Assembly (NCBI RefSeq): GCF_902713615.1 | Contig: NC_052152.1 | Coordinates: 209,801,046 to 209,865,045, forward strand | DNA from: Scyliorhinus canicula | Taxonomy: Eukaryota | DNA length: 64,000 bases | Direction of reading: 5' to 3' | Shown here: positions 62,252-64,000 of the stretch, in pieces | How positions within the stretch are numbered: the stretch's first letter is position 1 | Layout of the letters: every line of letters begins with the position of its first letter | Translations under genes and position numbers: made by a program | Notes under the pieces: generated by a model | Database searches by the model: none | Told to the model about the DNA's origin: nothing | The model's input: the letters and a program-made list of their open reading frames with translations, nothing else

Positions 62252-62440
62252 GGGGGCTGGTTTAGCACACTGGGCTAAATCGATGGCTTTTAAATAAGAC
62301 CCAGGCAGGCCAGCAGCACGGTTCAATTCCCATACCAGCCTCCCCGAACAGGCGCTGGAATGTGGCGACTAGGGGCTTTTCACAGTAACTTCATTGAAGC
62401 CTACTCGTGACAATAAGCAATTTTCATTTTTCATTTCATT
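62252..62440 (+). mobile_element. Short tRNA-derived SINE
   Basis: tggtttagcac A box, ggttcaattcc B box, shared tail, (tttca)n end. Confidence 0.75.
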
Positions 62441-62681
62441 GATGTAAACCAAGAAAAGACAAAAAAATCAATGTGCACATGGATGAAAAACGGAATAAAA
62501 GGTAAGCAGAGGCAGAGTTCAGGAAAACAATGTAATTCCCGCGCTCATATCACTTGACCCCCGTGGACATGCAGTTTAAGAAAGGCTTTGACAAGGTCAC
62601 TCACTCCTGAAGATGATGAGCTTTGGAATGAGGAGGGGACAGTAAACCTGATTAAAAATGGCTTAGAAGAGATAAAACAGT

Positions 62682-62885
62682 GGGCAGCACGGTGGCACAG
62701 TGGTTAGCACTGCTGCCTCACGGCACTGAGCTCCCAGGTTTGATCCCGGCCCGGGATCAAAATTAATATGCACATTCTTTCTGTGTTTGCGTGGGTCTCA
62801 CACAAAGACACGCAGGCTAGGTGGATTGGCCACGCTAAATTGCCCCTTAATTGGATAAAAAATAATTGGGTACTCTAAATTTAAA
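62682..62885 (+). mobile_element. V-SINE, short subfamily
   Basis: Head and partial core. Confidence 0.8.
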
Positions 62886-63043
62886 AATGAAAAAAAACAG
62901 ACCTTAGCAGAGTATGAACTTCCCCTGTTTCTGTAGCTCTTGGGGCTAAAGGGATCAAGGGAAAGGCGGGATTGAACCTGATGATCAGCCATGATCATAA
63001 TGAATGGCGGAGGAGACTCGAAGGGCTGAATGGCCTGCTTCTA

Positions 63044-63500
63044 TGTTAACAGGGCGGGCTCCCCCTTGACAAGGGGACCCTGTCTAGTATTAAGGCTTAA
63101 GTGAAGGTCAGGGTGGGAGAACCTTTTGGGGAGGGGAGTAGAGTAACTGTATGCTTCAGTGACCTTGTGGTCACTCTGCTCGGACCCAACATTGGCGATG
63201 AGCATCAAGTGGAGCTGCCGACAGCGCCAATTTCTAAGAACTTGGAGCAGTTTTCAATGGCTCTGGAGGCCACTTCTCAGCCATCAGACATGCCACATAT
63301 TGGGAAACTGGAACCGTTCGAAGCAGGCACAGGAGATTGGGGCCAATATGTGGAGCGTATGCAATAGTTTTTAAAACAAGTCCCATAATTGGAGACGAAC
63401 AGCAGACAGCCTACGGACGGCTTGTAGAGGCGCCATATACAGCATTATCAAAAGCCCCACCTACCGCAATGTCCCAGATACAAGGGACTGGATTTGCTGA
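63044..63500 (+). mobile_element. Gypsy relic: short LTR, PBS-like TGGCGATGAG, gag start
   Basis: TG...ACA then ttggcgatgag at about 63192; MPHIGKLEPFEAGTGDWGQYVERMQ*FF resembles a Gypsy gag N-terminus. Confidence 0.6.
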
Positions 63501-63509
63501 TTTGGAGAC

Positions 63510-64000
63510 TATGTCCCCACGCCGGCGTGGGAACGGTGGCTGGAAAACTGGCGGAAAACGGCCACCAATTCCCCGTTTTGCTGCGGATTAGCAGGGAAGC
63601 AGCGTGGAGCACCCGGCTCTAGCCGCCGATACGCCCCAGAGAATTGACGGGTCCGTGGCCGCACATGTGCACGGCGGTGGCCTCCAGCGGCCACACGCGC
63701 TTCATGGCAGTTCCCGCTCGCGGACCCAGTCCGCGAGATAGTCCCACCCTTCGACCGGTTTGCGCGTGCCGGACTGCTTTACCACAGTGCCCCCAACCCC
63801 GAATAATGTCCTCCCTAACCACGGATTGGCCGTCTCCCGACTGTGGTGCCGCAGGACTGAGTCCGGAGCCACCACGCTCAGTTCCCGACGGGTGAGACCA
63901 TGAGACACCCACGCCGTCGGGAACCCGGCCGGTCGGGGACGGAGTATCGGGGGGTGGGCCTCAGGCAATGGCCTGATACGTGGCGCGGCGTACTCTGCGA
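63510..64000. mobile_element. GC/CpG-rich interspersed repeat, class unknown
   Basis: Abrupt composition shift that interrupts the gag relic; no credible ORF. Confidence 0.4.

Noticed and set aside
1-64000. CRISPR arrays
   Set aside because: Repeats are head-to-tail with no unique spacers, there are no cas genes, and the context is eukaryotic.

Overview
Vertebrate nuclear DNA, most likely a shark or other cartilaginous fish (inferred from dense HE1/V-SINE-type SINEs and CR1/HER1-type LINEs). A 500-N scaffold gap (16090-16589) splits the window. Right of the gap are exons 1-5 of cytochrome c1 (CYC1, minus strand, 60652->17567), with CxxCH heme motif, Met ligand, GT-AG introns and consistent phases; exons 6-7 are not seen. 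Left of the gap is one internal exon of ERGIC3 (14602-14692, minus strand), which the ORF track misses. The rest is CR1, Penelope, L1, Rex1/Babar and Gypsy relics, SINEs, and about 13 distinct minisatellites. At least six arrays are in-place amplifications of a short piece of the retroelement they sit in. Two amplify host-gene signals: the 35-bp array at 1-328 repeats a complete ERGIC3 3' splice site plus the first codons (K-C-C-N-T) of the next exon, and the 43-bp array upstream of CYC1 repeats the start-codon context plus a donor-like sequence matching the real exon-1 donor. The long repetitive ORFs in the track are repeat artefacts. Repeat and mobile-element boundaries were read by eye and are approximate unless a TSD is given.
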